From Balanoglossus misakiensis (taxonomy: Eukaryota > Animalia > Hemichordata), in the NCBI GenBank assembly GCA_040954595.2, contig CM082579.2, positions 3,833,227 to 3,897,226 on the forward strand: a stretch of DNA of 64,000 nucleotides, read 5' to 3'. A model generated the notes under the pieces. It saw only the letters and a program-made list of their open reading frames with translations. It was not told the DNA's origin and ran no database searches. The position numbers were made by a program, and so were the translations under genes. Shown in pieces: positions 1 through 13,675 of the stretch (position 1 is the first letter of the stretch; each line of letters begins with the position of its first letter).

Positions 1-821
1 ATTTATATTGATAAGATCTACTTTACTTTCTGCGCTAAAAGTAGTCGGACAGAACTATATCGATTGTAGAGCTAACGTACGCTGTACTCTAAATGCAAAT
101 TAGAAGATGGGGTCTCTTAATTGTAGGTCACAGTGCCAAATATTCGTGTGTGATATCCCCTCCCCCTTTCCCGAATGTTGTCTGGGACTCCCTCTGTGCA
201 GATGACATCAACCACATGAGCGTAAATTATCGGTAACAAGCGACTCGTCTACAAGTGCAGTCACATTTGCAAATCGGTGCCACAACCGCTGGGAGTCAAA
301 CTAACAAAACAAAGAGCGTCAAATAAAGCCCTGAGAATGTATAAAATTGATATCAGAGGACCATCCTTTCCTCATGCTTATGATTTCATGTCAAAGAACA
401 CAGGGTTTAGTGCCGGTCTCAGTTGCATGATTATGAAATTGTCAATAAATCAGTTTTCGCATTAAATTTAGAAATAAATCATTTTAAAAATAGAAAAGCC
501 AGGCAGGTTTTAACTTTTCTGGTTCAGTTCCAGCTGGCTTCAGGTATAACGCTAATGGCCTTCGTGTACTTACTAAGTAATTGATAAAAATGCCGAGAAA
601 TCTAGTGGAGAAATACTGCGTCATCAATTGCCATTTGGAACGGGCACCTCGTCAAATGTCAATCACAGATCTTCACAAAGGAGGTGACTTGAACTGTCTG
701 GGGAATTAATGGACGATCATTCAATGCCCATCTAGCTATTTTAAGATTTAGGGACATTTTCGCCTTTCATTGGCATTTCTCTTATCTGTCGTTTGTTGTA
801 TGTCTAGTTTCCAACTTGGCA

Positions 822-892
822 TCTCTCTCTTTCTCTCTTTCTCTCTCTCTCTCTCTCTTACTCCCTCCCTCCCCCTCTCCCCCCTCTCTCTC
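822..892. repeat. CT-rich simple repeat / (CT)n microsatellite
   Basis: tctctctctttctctctttctctctctctctctctc...ccctctctctc seen directly; explains spurious ORFs 748..987 and 770..1027. Confidence 0.9.
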
Positions 893-3800
893 AAACACGT
901 CATGTATGTACATAGGGATCTAGCGCCATCAGCAATGGAATGCACAGGTGTCCGTATTCGGTGTGCAATCATCGAGTTCCTAAACAAACAACATTTAAAA
1001 TCTCAATCTATAACGGATATAAATTAAATTTTGCTTTCAGTCGGTGACAGTATTGAGTTCGGCAAATGCAGGAGAACCTTTCGATTTAAGCGCAGGCGCA
1101 TTAACCGCACCGGTGTACACACGGCACGTGGTGTTTTCTTAAACGCTGCTTAGGCCCTACTCGGAATATTGAGCGGTGGCGAAAAGGAGATTGATATTCG
1201 ACGCTGGAGCGATTACTTTCTAACTCTCTCTAGTAAACTTAGTTTGTATTTGTTCGCCATCATGGCCCATTTGGTAATCAGTGACCACTTATTAACACCG
1301 CGCGCGCACTGGATCGAAACTCGCACGATCCCAATATCGTCAGGGAGGCGATGGGCAAACAAAATACTAAAATCTATAACGCAATTTGTATTTCCGACTA
1401 TAGCTTCAATCATTACACTGTAATGCGATTAAACGTATTGATAGTAAGTAGCGCATTTGATTATTTTTTTCCAGTTATCTGAGAGGTAGGTCAGCTCTTC
1501 GTTTGATTGTGGGTGAGTTACGCTGCCACTAATTCACATCGCGTACGTAGGCGGTTTTCCAAGACGATCGCCTTTGATACAAACGTGTCTCCAAATACAC
1601 AACAAACACCACACATTTTTGGATGATTGAAATTCACATTTTACATGCTATACCAACAGATCAATGGCGTTCTTAATTCGTCTGTATGTATTAACAAAAA
1701 ACTGCCCATTCTACATATCTCGGAGTTAAAGAGGAATAAAATATGAGAAATAAAAAAATATCGAATGGGTGATGATGCTGAAATAGCTCTCGGATATCAG
1801 TATGTAGTTGTGTTCTTAGGCTTCTAATTAGCATCAATAGATCTAGATGAGGATTTGAAGTTTTCCTCGTTGTTGGGCAAAAATTGCCAGGAGGGATAAT
1901 TTGTGTTGATATTTGTCTCAGTCATAATTGAGAAAACGCGAGTTAGTCTCCAAAATGTGGAACGCAAGCTTTAATAATTTAAAACTTCAGCGATAGCACA
2001 GTATGTGAGTAATAAACTAGTCCAGAAGGCGACACGGAAAGTTTATCATTCGATCGCCCAAAAGCATGACGTATTTGCGTGGTTCTTGCGACAAACGACT
2101 CACGCTGTATTGAATACGAGTTTGGCGACAAGTGCTGAACTCGATTGTACGTAATCTGGCACAACTCGGGCACGTCAATTACGCATTAATTCTTCCATTT
2201 CCATAGCAGGTCATAATCCACTGTCTCGCCAGTTGATTGCATTTAACGGTGACAATGTAGCGTACAAAATGCTGGGGAAATTAGAATGCACGACTGTATA
2301 TGCAGTATACTTTATATTCACGTCGTTATTAATAGTTGGCGGGTTATTGCATGTATTGCCACAGTATGCTCTTACAATGTGGAAAGGGTTTCTTTCTTCA
2401 AAACAAGAGATGGCGATTCGAGGGTCTTCAATATTGACAGTTCGTCCGCCTGGTTCGAATACGTTCCACACAGACAACAATCCAACGCCTTGCAATGTGA
2501 ACTGCATGCAAAATGTCTTGAAAAGGTTAATGGCGGCGTGGCATGTTGCATAAAATCCTCAGGAGGACAACTGAGCACCTTTCAACAAGATATCCCTCTG
2601 AAGTAATGCCCTTCAACATGACAGATTTGCAACGGTTGAATGAGGACAACCGGTCCCAATAGCCCAACCGTGAAACGCGCTTTCTTCCCCCATTTTACTG
2701 CTTAAACGTTTTACAACGAGAAAATGACAGCCGCTTTCTATCAAATGGACCGAAGGAGAGGCAGGGTCTGTTGCACCCGCGACAAGAGCGCGACACCAAC
2801 TAACACATGAATGCAGCCTTACATAACCAAAAAACCGAGGCGGCTTCTGAATAGCCTAACTGCACGCCACAGACAATCAAGTTGGATTTTTTTCCCTTTT
2901 TGCGATACGGTGAACCAGGGAAATCTTTCGTGACCTGGTCGCACAAGCTTACAGTCGCCGTGTTTTTCAGACACCGTGTCGCCCTCGGAGCAGTAAATAC
3001 TTCCTCCGTGTAAGTTACTAGCCGTAAGCGGGTAGCAATTTCCTTTTGGGCTCTCGAGCCAGAAATAATTCCAAATGCGGAAAACCCGTCATCATATCCC
3101 CTCAGATTCGCACTACCAACTTTCGCTATCGCATTGACATGTCCAAAACTTACTTGGGCGTCGTATCCACCTTCCCTTCAGCAATTGCTTGGGTAAAAGA
3201 CGGGACCGCATACACGAGGACTTCCAAATTTTATTCGAGGAAAAACCAAACCACCTGGACACCGGCGCACTGACCGCACACGCCGGGTCAAAAAACGCAA
3301 TGCAACAAAAGAAACTATGAATATGCATTGCCTTACAAACACAACATAGCATTAATTAGCCGCCCGTTTGGTGCGCTTCGTGTACCCTGTAAACTTTCGA
3401 GTGAAATTACTGAACAGATAATTCTACAGCAAGAAATCCACTACTTCACTTATGTACAACGCATAATACATAATGCACTCAACAACCTGTTGAGTTTGTA
3501 ATTATTGTCCTACCAAACACAATCTGTTCGACTAAGACGTGTTTTGTGCAATGTGTTAATTGCATTATGAGGCCACATAACCTATGAGACATGCTGAATA
3601 AACGGACATGCCATGAGCTACCCGATATGAACGCATTTCACTGCCATTTTGAAGTTCGCCCTGCAAAGGGGCAGATAATGACCCTTTTTGTAGTTTCTCT
3701 GTCGATTTACGGGTTACTATCGCCAGTCTACACAGGAAAACAATTTACTCCCACCTAGAAAAGTAATTTACTACCATTTTTGTAGGTAATTCACAATAAT

Positions 3801-4689
3801 AGTAAGTTAATGGAACGTTTTGTATTTTTATTTCCATTTAGGCAGACCATTGTTTATTGGTCTGCTTGACAAAATATTTGTTTCCTCCAACACGAGCTTT
3901 TTTTTAAGTTTCGTTCTGGGGAGAAAGAAAAAAAGTAAAACGATTGCCCCAAGATTAACACACGTTTTGTTTTCTTTTAGACTTCAATATGTGGGAAACG
4001 GAAAATGTCACGTCGCCGCCTCTCATTGCAGAACGTCCAGTGGACGTTTACTATTCATACGATGGAATGTCAGGTAATTTCAATGAGTGAACCGAGTTTC
4101 ACTGAGGTTTGAATTCCCGCCAGTCGCCAACGATGTTACTACAACTCGTGCGCTTATTTACAGAAAGAGGATCTGGACATGTTTGAGCGTGTATCGTACG
4201 TCTTGTTTTACTTTCAGACGACAGTACTTTTTTGTTGAGATTTCTTGCGTTTCGAACGGGGCAATTCTGTCGATTAGGTGGTGGTGGGTGGGGGGGGGGT
4301 TCGGAATGGTTACGTAAATAAGGCCCATAGCAGTTGATAAAGAAGCATGCAAGCGATGACATTAAATTTCACAACACGTTTTTCTTGAGCAGCCGCTGGA
4401 ATAAACAAACACTCCCCACGTCTTCTGAATGTCGACCAGATTAATTGGAAGCCCTACCGCGGCCCAATCTATGAACAGAAAGGGGGCGAAGGAACACTTA
4501 AGAAAATTGCTCCCGGAAGGTCACCCGCGTTAAATCAATCTGAGAAAAATATTGCTTTGATTTGTATGAGAGATGCGTTCTTCTCACCCGGTGTTGTGGC
4601 ACTTGGTTTGGTTTGCAGATCACTCACTGACAGACACAACACACGCATTATCACAGACGCTGGTAATGGATGATTTTCCGCTCATTGCG

Positions 4690-5005
4690 GGATCTCGCGA
4701 GACTTGGCTAATTACTGCAGGAACGGGTTGCTAACCAACCAATACGAGATAGGTGCAGAGTTTGACAAAACTGTGACTTTTGTGCCGCTTAACACGATGG
4801 GCCATGTGTTGCTTGTCCTTTGTCACGCGAGAACTTTGTCCCTCGCGGGATCTCGTGGAGTTCGGAAAATGGTCTATTGTTCAGCCGCGGAAACAGTTCC
4901 AAGTCGTTCCGTCCTCCGGCCGAGGAACGACTGTTTCCATGAAAACCAATAAGACAAAGAGTGATTGGTGAACACGCCGGAGGAATCAGTCGTCATGGTA
5001 ACGAG
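4690..5005. promoter_or_regulatory. Promoter/enhancer-like motif cluster upstream of the first identified nAChR exon
   Basis: TCTCGCGAGA palindrome (BANP/ZBTB33-type) at 4693-4702; CCAAT/ATTGG near 4739, 4946 and 4964; RFX X-box-like GTTTCCATGAAAAC 4933-4946 and GTCGTCATGGTAAC 4989-5002. Motif matches only. Confidence 0.35.
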
Positions 5006-6029
5006 AGTAAAGCCAAAGAAAGGTGTACAGTTTCATTGAAAAATGATGTCTCATTAACTTGCAATCCCACCGTCAATCGTCATAAACAGATCGGTGATCG
5101 ACTTGAAATGAAGCGGTTAACTTTGTGCACTCATCGAAAATTAAAGTCTCATTTTTGCCACACACTGTTTAGCGACTCAAAAATTCGATATTGGTTTTCT
5201 AATAAAGAAATTAGTCGGTAGCTATTGACTTGCAAATTGCAGCACGTATCCCGAGAAATGACATCTTGAACTACTCTTATTGACTTACTCGGGCATACCT
5301 CACTGTTGAAATATAAAATCACAAAACGCGCGAGACGAGATTATTGAGTACTGCTGGAAAGGGGTACTGCAGGCACACACACACTGTTGATTTGCAGACG
5401 TTTTACTATAGACTGAGTCTCGCACACTGCACAAGGGCGGATTACTTGCCCGAGTTCCCAGACGATGGAGATTTTGATATTAGGTTGGAAACGGAAATCA
5501 GATGATGGAGCGCTAACAGAAATGCCACACTACTTATATTTAGACTTAATAATGTCAAATGGTTGGTATTAACTTGGAGTAACACACACACACACATACA
5601 TACACACAAACAAGGCTGGCGCGAAATGGTAGGGGCTTACCACCGCCATAAACTTTAATCCATTCCGCATGGAGGAAAACGAGTATCGCGACATCGCTGT
5701 GACACCTAACGTCGGATCGATTTGCGAGATACGACCGAACGACCATAAAATTATCGACATTTCATCTCCAATTTGTTACCATGGACACAAGACAAGATCG
5801 GAACGAGCTAAAAACATGAAGCATGGAATATTGACTTTTGATATTTGCAGCGATAAGCGCCACTGGCCCCGTAAAAACGCGTGCTGACGTGATAGATTTC
5901 CGTGTGGAAATACATGGTGTAGGGCCTATAGCGAAATCAGGGCGGTGGCTCGGCGGCCATATTAAGATTTTGGGTCTGTTTAAAAGTCCAAGTATCGGCA
6001 ACTCACCCAGTGCTCTTTCTATTTCACAG

Positions 6030-7638
6030 GTGAGGAAGAAATAGCAGAAAATAAACTGTACAAGAAACTGTTCCACAATTACAACAAGAAAGTTCGGCCT
6101 GTATATAACGCAACTCACGCTATCAATGTCACTCTGTCAATGTCGATCACCCAGATTATGGATTTGGTGAGTACAACAAATTCCCGCCATTATCCAGCTT
6201 TTTTTTAAAGCTTCATGACTGCAACTATTGTATAATATCTCAGTGGATTTTATATTGTGGATATTTTTTGTTCTGAAGACCCACATGACCCAGACTACTA
6301 GACGAGAGTAACGGTGGGTAAACAACAGTAAATCCATGCACAAAGTGGTTAATCTCAGTTGCTGGTGTAGCGTTGTACAATGCTGGGCGTTCGACATCGT
6401 GAAATATGTAAAAATAAAATCTCGAGACTGATCTCAGTCAATCTCGAAAACACTGTTTTTCTTTTCGGCCACCGTTCCTTTAGAGAGTTACCGGTAAGTC
6501 TTTGACGAATTCACTATTCAAACAGGCACTTATCAGACTCGATTATCTGCGTCCGCCGCAATGTCTTCCTAATGTGGAAACGAGTCCCTGGGATATTCGT
6601 CCCAAGTCTCGCGAGATCCGGAGCGTTTATCTGTGGTGTGTAAATTGCAACGCCGGCGTACAGCTTGAAAAATGGGGATTTAAAAATCCGAACACAACAC
6701 GCCTGAATGCCAACTCTGCGTGGCAGAAGATGTACACGCGCGGGTCACAGTTTACACGTGTCTTCACCAAGCGTTAATCAGTTTCTCAAACGTTTTGTGG
6801 AGGAAACGTGACTCTTGTATCCAATAAGCCAATAATCTTATTGCTCCCTAGTCTGGTGTACGGGAAGCGCTTGCGAAAACGACAGCTTTTTATTGGAGAG
6901 GCTAACAGCTTAGGTAATCAGTGCAAAAAGCAGGGCCTTTTTCTCGACTGACAGAAATTTACAGGCGACGCAGCCCGGTCACCGCGGGGACTATTTCCCC
7001 TAAATTGGATTAAATTGATCTCGATGGACGCTCTGCGTGTAGTCAATTTCAAGCCTGAAATGAACTCGCTCGCCGAGCCACGGTCAATCAGGCAAGAATT
7101 CTTTGTCATTATCCCAGTTTGATTTCTGTGCAAAAACCTAATTAGTCATTCAGTGGACTGTGTTTTCCACTCTCAAGTTAATCGCCCGGATTTTAAAAGC
7201 CTTCATTTCGCTAATGAAAATACAGAAATACCGAAGGCCTCGCAGGCCGTTATGTGAGGTTAATCCCAGCCGAATACGAAGACGACTCGACTGGGGATGA
7301 GTTACGGCCACGAAGCTGATTATTTATGTCGGTTCTGTGCGTCCACAGTGATGTCTAATCCCCCCGGTTCGATATGTCTGCTGAGAAAGAGACATGAAGT
7401 AGTCACAATCAAACTGCGGGGAGAAACAAGTGAATACAAGTGAACATGTGATGGTGCTTCTGCTCTTCCGCCCCTCCTCCTCCTCCTCATCATGACCACC
7501 ACCACCACCACCACCACCACCACCACCACCACCACCACCACCACCACCACCACCACCACCACCACCACCACCACCACCACCACCACCACCACCACCACCA
7601 CCACCACCACCACCACCACCACCACCACCACCACCACC

Positions 7639-7700
<62 letters not shown>

Positions 7701-10700
7701 AAGCATCAACTCACATCCCTATTGTCACACTGACGTGCAAGCATCAGCGTGTGTTCAAAGACTTGATTTTGGGACATTTCTTATGCAATGAGCCAGAAAA
7801 GAACATGCAAAAAGGTTCCCCAGATAGCCTAAAATCCCAGAAAATTGGCAAGCGCAGATTTCTTTCTGCCTCTCACGCCAGCAGAGACGGTTCTCCTTTA
7901 TCAGAAGCCTCACATACCAACACGTATTTGATTTATAACTAACTGTAAGGCCGCCTTAAATTGAATCGTGTCAACATACACAATTGAACGTTGTATGACA
8001 AATAATCCCAGCGTAGCGATGGATACTTAGACTAATTGGATTTGCGTCTATTCAACAAATAACCAAGTCAAAAGAATAATCGAATTCATTCACCGATGTT
8101 ATTTTCTTCATCGTTGCATCATTACCCCCATCATACCTGGGCGTCTATTTTTAGAACTAATTTCGTTTAATTGGGCATGCGCTACTCCATAACATGTGGT
8201 ACTGAGATTAGGGGCAGGCTACCGCTTGATGTGTGTGTTACTCGTCAAGGGGAGAGACTGTATATCTGACATGAATTTTTTCGTTAATTGTTGAATTTTA
8301 TGCGGTGCATTTTTGCCATGATTTTGCAAGTCGCACGCGATTCCTCGGCCAGGCTTGGCCCTTTATTCAAAAGTGGTTTATTTTTTCGGTTGCGCCGTCG
8401 GTGCTACCGCGAATGAAAAGACCATCAAGGAATGAAAAAGATAGGATGGTCGGAGGCGACGTGGGCGATCATAGTTCCCGCGCGATTCTTCGCGACCTTG
8501 ATAGCGAATCTTGATAGCGGTACTCTAATGACTTTTAAATAACATCACAATATTTGCCGATCATTACGATGAAATAAAATGTAATGGACGAAACATAAAC
8601 CTGTGGATATGTCTTCATCGATCGGAAAGCAAGGAATTCTGCAAATGTTATTGGTACACACTTGTGTGCCTTATAAAAAGACGGATCGAGCTGCGGCAAC
8701 CACCCTTGGGGCATTCCAAACCAAATAAGAGCAATTTGTCTTAATATGGCGGAAAATAACTCACTTCCGCGCGCGTCCCTGGGAAATGGGTCTAAATGGT
8801 CGCCGACGCTCGATTTACGCTCGCCCGTGTACCGTGTACATTTCACCGCGCCCAGTAAAGTGGTATCGGATCGATAAAACCGGCGAGTGGTCGTGACCGA
8901 GCGAGACTATCACGCTTATGATGCGGCGATGGAGTCATTGTAGACACAGCCACCAGAAGGGACCACGTGAAATTGAGCGACAAGTTGGGTGAATATAATG
9001 AAAGATAGCAAAACAATCAATTTCAATGATTTACATCTTCCCGACTTGGTGGGCGCGTGGCACGCGTGGCATCGGAGATCACAGCTTAATAAAATATAAA
9101 ATCGTTCCGTTTTACAGAAAACGAAACGCGTGCTTTAGAAATAAGGGATATCTCAAATTTCAAAAATAAAATTTACTGTTTTATCAGTCATAGGAAATAA
9201 TCGCCACAGGGGATACGTAACTATGTACATTCAAATCAAAAATTCAACCGACGCGATTAATCAGCGTGTGACGACGAGAAATCAAATCCAACATTTCGTC
9301 GTGTTCTACCTCCAACCCGAGGAGCCAAGGTCACAGCAGCGAGTCGCTCCTATAAATTTACAACCGGAAACGTTATGATGTAGCTAATTTCTACGACTGG
9401 CGGTTCTGGTCTTTCCCGTTTAATAAGGGCCACATTTTTTTGCCGTATGAAGTGTCGATGTGTGCCGTCAGCCCTCATACCGCGTTTCAATCTGGAAAAA
9501 AATCGGCATCGTGGAAGTAAAGTACCTAATCAAATGTCAGATTTTATGCAATATTGGCTGTGCTGAGAGCGTACAACACCCCCCCCCCCCAAATCGCCCA
9601 GGAATCGTTCATTCGGTTCCGCCATCAAAGTCGGCTACGATTATGTTTTGCGGTGTCATTCACTTTCATGTTGTCATGTTTGCCTTGAATAACGACCGCT
9701 GGGCTTCGACTGCAGCGATATTATTCCCTTCCGCATTATGTCGTTCACGGCGGGATGATATTATCGTGATTCGCGCGAAAGTGAAATTGAGGCCGAAAAG
9801 TTCAACAGCGGATTAATCAGTCGAGACTTGAACTTTGAAGTTCGGCAAATCTCCGACAACGCACCCACGCGAGGAGTGTTTCGGCTAATGGCCAATCTCT
9901 AAGGTTAACAAACTCTTGCATGCGGTTTATCGCTTTCTGACTTAATCTGCCAAAACCCAGGAGTCGATTTTTAAAGAAAATATAAAGAGCAATCGACGGG
10001 GTTTTACGTGGTAGCCGTAAACGAAACGGTCAAAGTAATTCATCTAATGAAGCTCACTTGTTCTCCCTTAAGTGAGCTGATTTAACTTCCACGACCGCCG
10101 ATAAAAATCTGGCCGATTACGTGCATAGTTTACCAAACCGTCCTTGGCGCAGCCGCAGAACGGAGAAACATAACCGAATTGCCACAATTTCAGAATATCA
10201 GATTTATCAGTACCAAATGCATACAGAATCCGGTTAATATCCTTCTTGTGAACTTTGGCCATGTGGGTAAATCGCTAACATTGCGATATTTTGCCGTGTG
10301 CCCCCACCGGTCTTCTGAATTGGATCGTATCGTGAAACAAAATGATTTGCATACGTATGTGCCGCTGCCTTCCTTCCACCTTTGGAAGAAATCGCGTTCT
10401 GGAGGCGCCGTGTTCTGAGTGAAGGACAGAAGCAGGCGTAGATAGACACACATACAAGCAGACAGACAGAGACAGAGAAAGACAGAGAACCAGACAGACA
10501 GAGACATGCAGAGAGAGAGAGAGAGGGGGAAGGAGAGAGAGAGAGAAGGGGGCGGTGGGAGGGAAATCAGAGCAGGCTGACCGCGGGTGATTTGATTGCT
10601 TTGACACTTTGAAGGATGTCACGAGGTCACTTTCCACAATTTTTGACGCGCAGATGAGATTTCAGAGTCTCGCCCAGTGTCACCATTCAGAAACCGGCCT

Positions 10701-13675
10701 GATTCGAAGCGCCTCTTGAACGATAGCAAAATAGTCGGCAAAACAATACACACACTGAATTAAAAGTGTTTATCTTAAAGAAAGAAACCCATTTTCTGCC
10801 CGTAATTGAATCGGAGGAAAAATGAAATTCAATTTTCTCGGAGACCTCTGCGCGGATCAGTCTTAATTGACTCGGTGTGATTGTCACAGACCGTGGTCGG
10901 ATCCCGGTGCTGTTTATTGCGGCGATTACTAATCGAATGTTGTCAGCCAATTTTGTGCCTCTGCGATGCGATAGCAATTTCTGTCGGAGGTCGCGACCCG
11001 CAGCGTCACTCAAAAGTGTTGTCGGCGTGTGAGCGCGATTATAGCTGCTCCTTTGATCGAGAGCATGCAGTCTTCAAATTTTGAAAACGCGACTTTCAAG
11101 ATCGATGTCAGCGATATTTGTTCTCGTACGTATGAAAATATTTGGAGTTTGAGTAGTGTGTGTAAGACGTCGCCCGAGTTATTGATCCGATGTAGCGTCA
11201 ATCATAATAAATTACGAATAGTTAGCGCAGAACGTAATCAAATTATTGCTTAATGAAAATGGCACCTGAGACATCAACTCGTTGTTAAAACAAACGCCTT
11301 GCAATGATTTGCTTGTGGACCTGTGTATGCACGACAGAGCAGACTTGGCTTTTCTTATGGCTGTCTGGAGTGGGTTGAAACTGTATAACACTGATCCATA
11401 AACTGAAAATAAGATTTTCAGATATGTAGTTACTGATTCTGCCATTTGGACTAAAGTTGAACACAACAAATGTACATAACCTATTTCTTTGTTTTGGCAA
11501 TCTACAATGTATGGATTTGAGGTGATATGACATTTAACCACATACAAATGTATATATTTCATTTTTCCCATATGATTTTACATAGATACATTATTCTTCA
11601 TTTTCTCATCCACAGGATGAACGAAATCAAGCGTTAACGACGAACGTGTGGATAGCACAGGTAAGAGCGAAGGGTTGTGTTTCAGTGCGCCCTCCAGTGT
11701 TATTAATCGTAGATACCTGCCTTTCTCTTCGAGGCGTAAAAATGCAGCGGTACAGCTCAATGGGTAATTTGTACATACCGGTATCCTTTCTATCTACAGC
11801 ACTGGAGTGACGAGAAATTACGATGGAATCCGAAGGAGTTCGATAATATTGAGGTGCTGCGTACTCCAGCCTCGGATATTTGGTTCCCTGACATCACTTT
11901 ATACAACACGTGAGTAACTCTCAAATTCATCATTTTTTCGACCCCACCCAAGTCACATTGATCGTCATGAACTTGGAAGAAAAAACACCACAACACTCTA
12001 GAACATCAACAACAGAACTGTTACATGTTGCTATTTTCTGTACAATTTAGAGCGGACGAAAACGGATTCAAAACGAACCTGGACTCGAACGCCCTCGTCT
12101 ACCATTCTGGACGCGTGTCCCATTGGTCCAAACCCACTCTCCTGAAGAGCGCGTGCAAGATCATCGTTCGCTACTTCCCGTTCGACTTCCAAACGTGCCG
12201 GATGAAATTCGGCTCCTGGACTTACACGGGCCTGCAGCTCATCCTGATGAACGACACCATCGCGCCGGACATGTCGGCCTTCCTGCCCAACGAGCAGTGG
12301 GACGTCGTGTACGCCGTCACCAGGCCGCACGTGGTCCGCTACGAGTGCTGCCCACAGACCTACCCGGATGTGACGTTTGTGGTCGGGCTGAAGAGGAAGC
12401 CTCTGTACTACGTCTACAACGTTGTCCTGCCGTGTGTGCTGCTCACGGCTCTCTCCCTGGTTGGCTTCATGATGCCCTTCAACATCGGCGTGGTCAAAGT
12501 GTCTCTCGGCGTCATGCTGCTCCTCTCACTCGGTGTCTTTAACCTGCAAGTGTCGCAGACGATGCCGAAAACTTCGGAAGAAATCTCACTGCTAGGTAAT
12601 TTTGCCAGCCTTAACTTTCGCTTTACTTTTTACTTTTTTTATGATAGCCTATACATGTATCGTATTTTGGTTGTGTCTGAATACGAAGATATTTCTTTTC
12701 AATTTCTACCATGTCCAATTTTTCATTAACTTCACAGGTGAGTATTTTGCCGCCACAATGGTTCTGATCTCGCTCTCGGTGGCTTTCAACGTAGCTGTGC
12801 TGAATATCAACGAATGGGGTAAGAACGGCACATACGATGTGCCGCGCTGGATACGGATTGTGGTGTTGCAGTATTTGGCCAGCTTTCTGTGCCTGCACCA
12901 GTGTTACCATGTCAACAGAAATCCCATCGACCCGGGTGTCTACAACAACAGGGACAGCAAGCAGATGAAGCGATATCCCTATGGCGGGAAGAAGCGAGGC
13001 AACAGGATGGTGGAGACGGACGCGCCGCCGGCGCTGAGGGCGGAAAACGGGAGCCCCGGGATGACGCAATGCAAAACGTTCTACGTCCAGCCCGAGTCGC
13101 AGCCGGACAGCGGCGTGGTTGCCCAGTCGCCGAACGAGGACGGACTGCTGCAAGAGGTCCACCAGGGCGAAGTGTGGCTGCCGCGCGAAGTACTGCAGGA
13201 GGAATATTACAGGAACAAGAAAAATATCGTCGTTCACCACGACGGGCTGCGCGGGCTGGAGAACAGCTGCAAGAACAGTCTGTACACAAGAACCATCGCC
13301 ATGACGGACGTGCCACCACCGCCACCGCCACACGCCCAGTTCAACCCGCAGTTCACCAGCACCCCGCGTTGCTCGCCGAAACGTCGGAAATCCGAAGTGA
13401 ACGACGAGAATCTGACTAAATACAAACCGCTGCCTCCCCCGCCACCACGACTGGAGAAGAGCGTCGAGGACATAAAGGACCTTATTAAAAAACCGCAGCT
13501 GATCAAAGAGCGAAATCACCGGATACAGTACGATTGGATGGTCGTGGCTACCACCATTGACCGATTCCTGCTTGCCTTGTTCGTCATCTGTTCCATTATC
13601 TTCACTGTTACATTCTTGGTGCAGCGGCCGTCTGTGATTGACGCTCCCGATGAAGACTATTACATCGAGTATTAA
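6030..13675 (+). CDS. Nicotinic acetylcholine receptor alpha subunit (Cys-loop, alpha9/alpha10-like structure); signal-peptide exon not located
   Basis: Phase-compatible exons 6030-6166 (ENKLYKKLFHNYNKKVRPVYNATHAINVTLSMSITQIMDL), 11616-11660 (45 nt, DERNQALTTNVWIAQ), 11800-11909 (110 nt, HWSDEKLRWNP...IWFPDITLYN), 12051-12595 and 12738-13675, all AG/GT bounded. Cys-loop CKIIVRYFPFDFQTC, loop B GSWTY, loop C YECC (alpha type), M1-M3, long cytoplasmic loop, M4 (DWMVVATTIDRFLL). Confidence 0.95.
7495..7698. repeat. Compound microsatellite (ACC)n(AAC)n in nAChR intron
   Basis: Pure ACC run ~7495-7653 followed by an AAC run to ~7698; the poly-T/N and poly-V/L ORFs are artefacts of it. Confidence 0.97.
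10438..10546. repeat. GACA/GA-rich simple repeat
   Basis: gacagacaga gacagagaaa ... gagagagaga gagagggg seen directly. Confidence 0.8.

Noticed and set aside
5465-5483. ATGGAGATTTTGATATTAG|gttgga as nAChR exon 1
   Set aside because: Phase-compatible, but it encodes only 6 residues, too short for a signal peptide, and the donor is weak; exon 1 is left unassigned.
7320-7791. Poly-Val/Leu and poly-Thr/Asn ORFs
   Set aside because: Translations of an intronic (ACC)n(AAC)n microsatellite; no supporting splice context.
12623-13519. 298-aa antisense ORF and other overlapping ORFs over coding exons (also 17150..17659, 20933..21568, 28089..28793, 45406..45912, 55838..56335)
   Set aside because: Shadows of GC3-rich real exons in other frames or strands; no recognisable domains.
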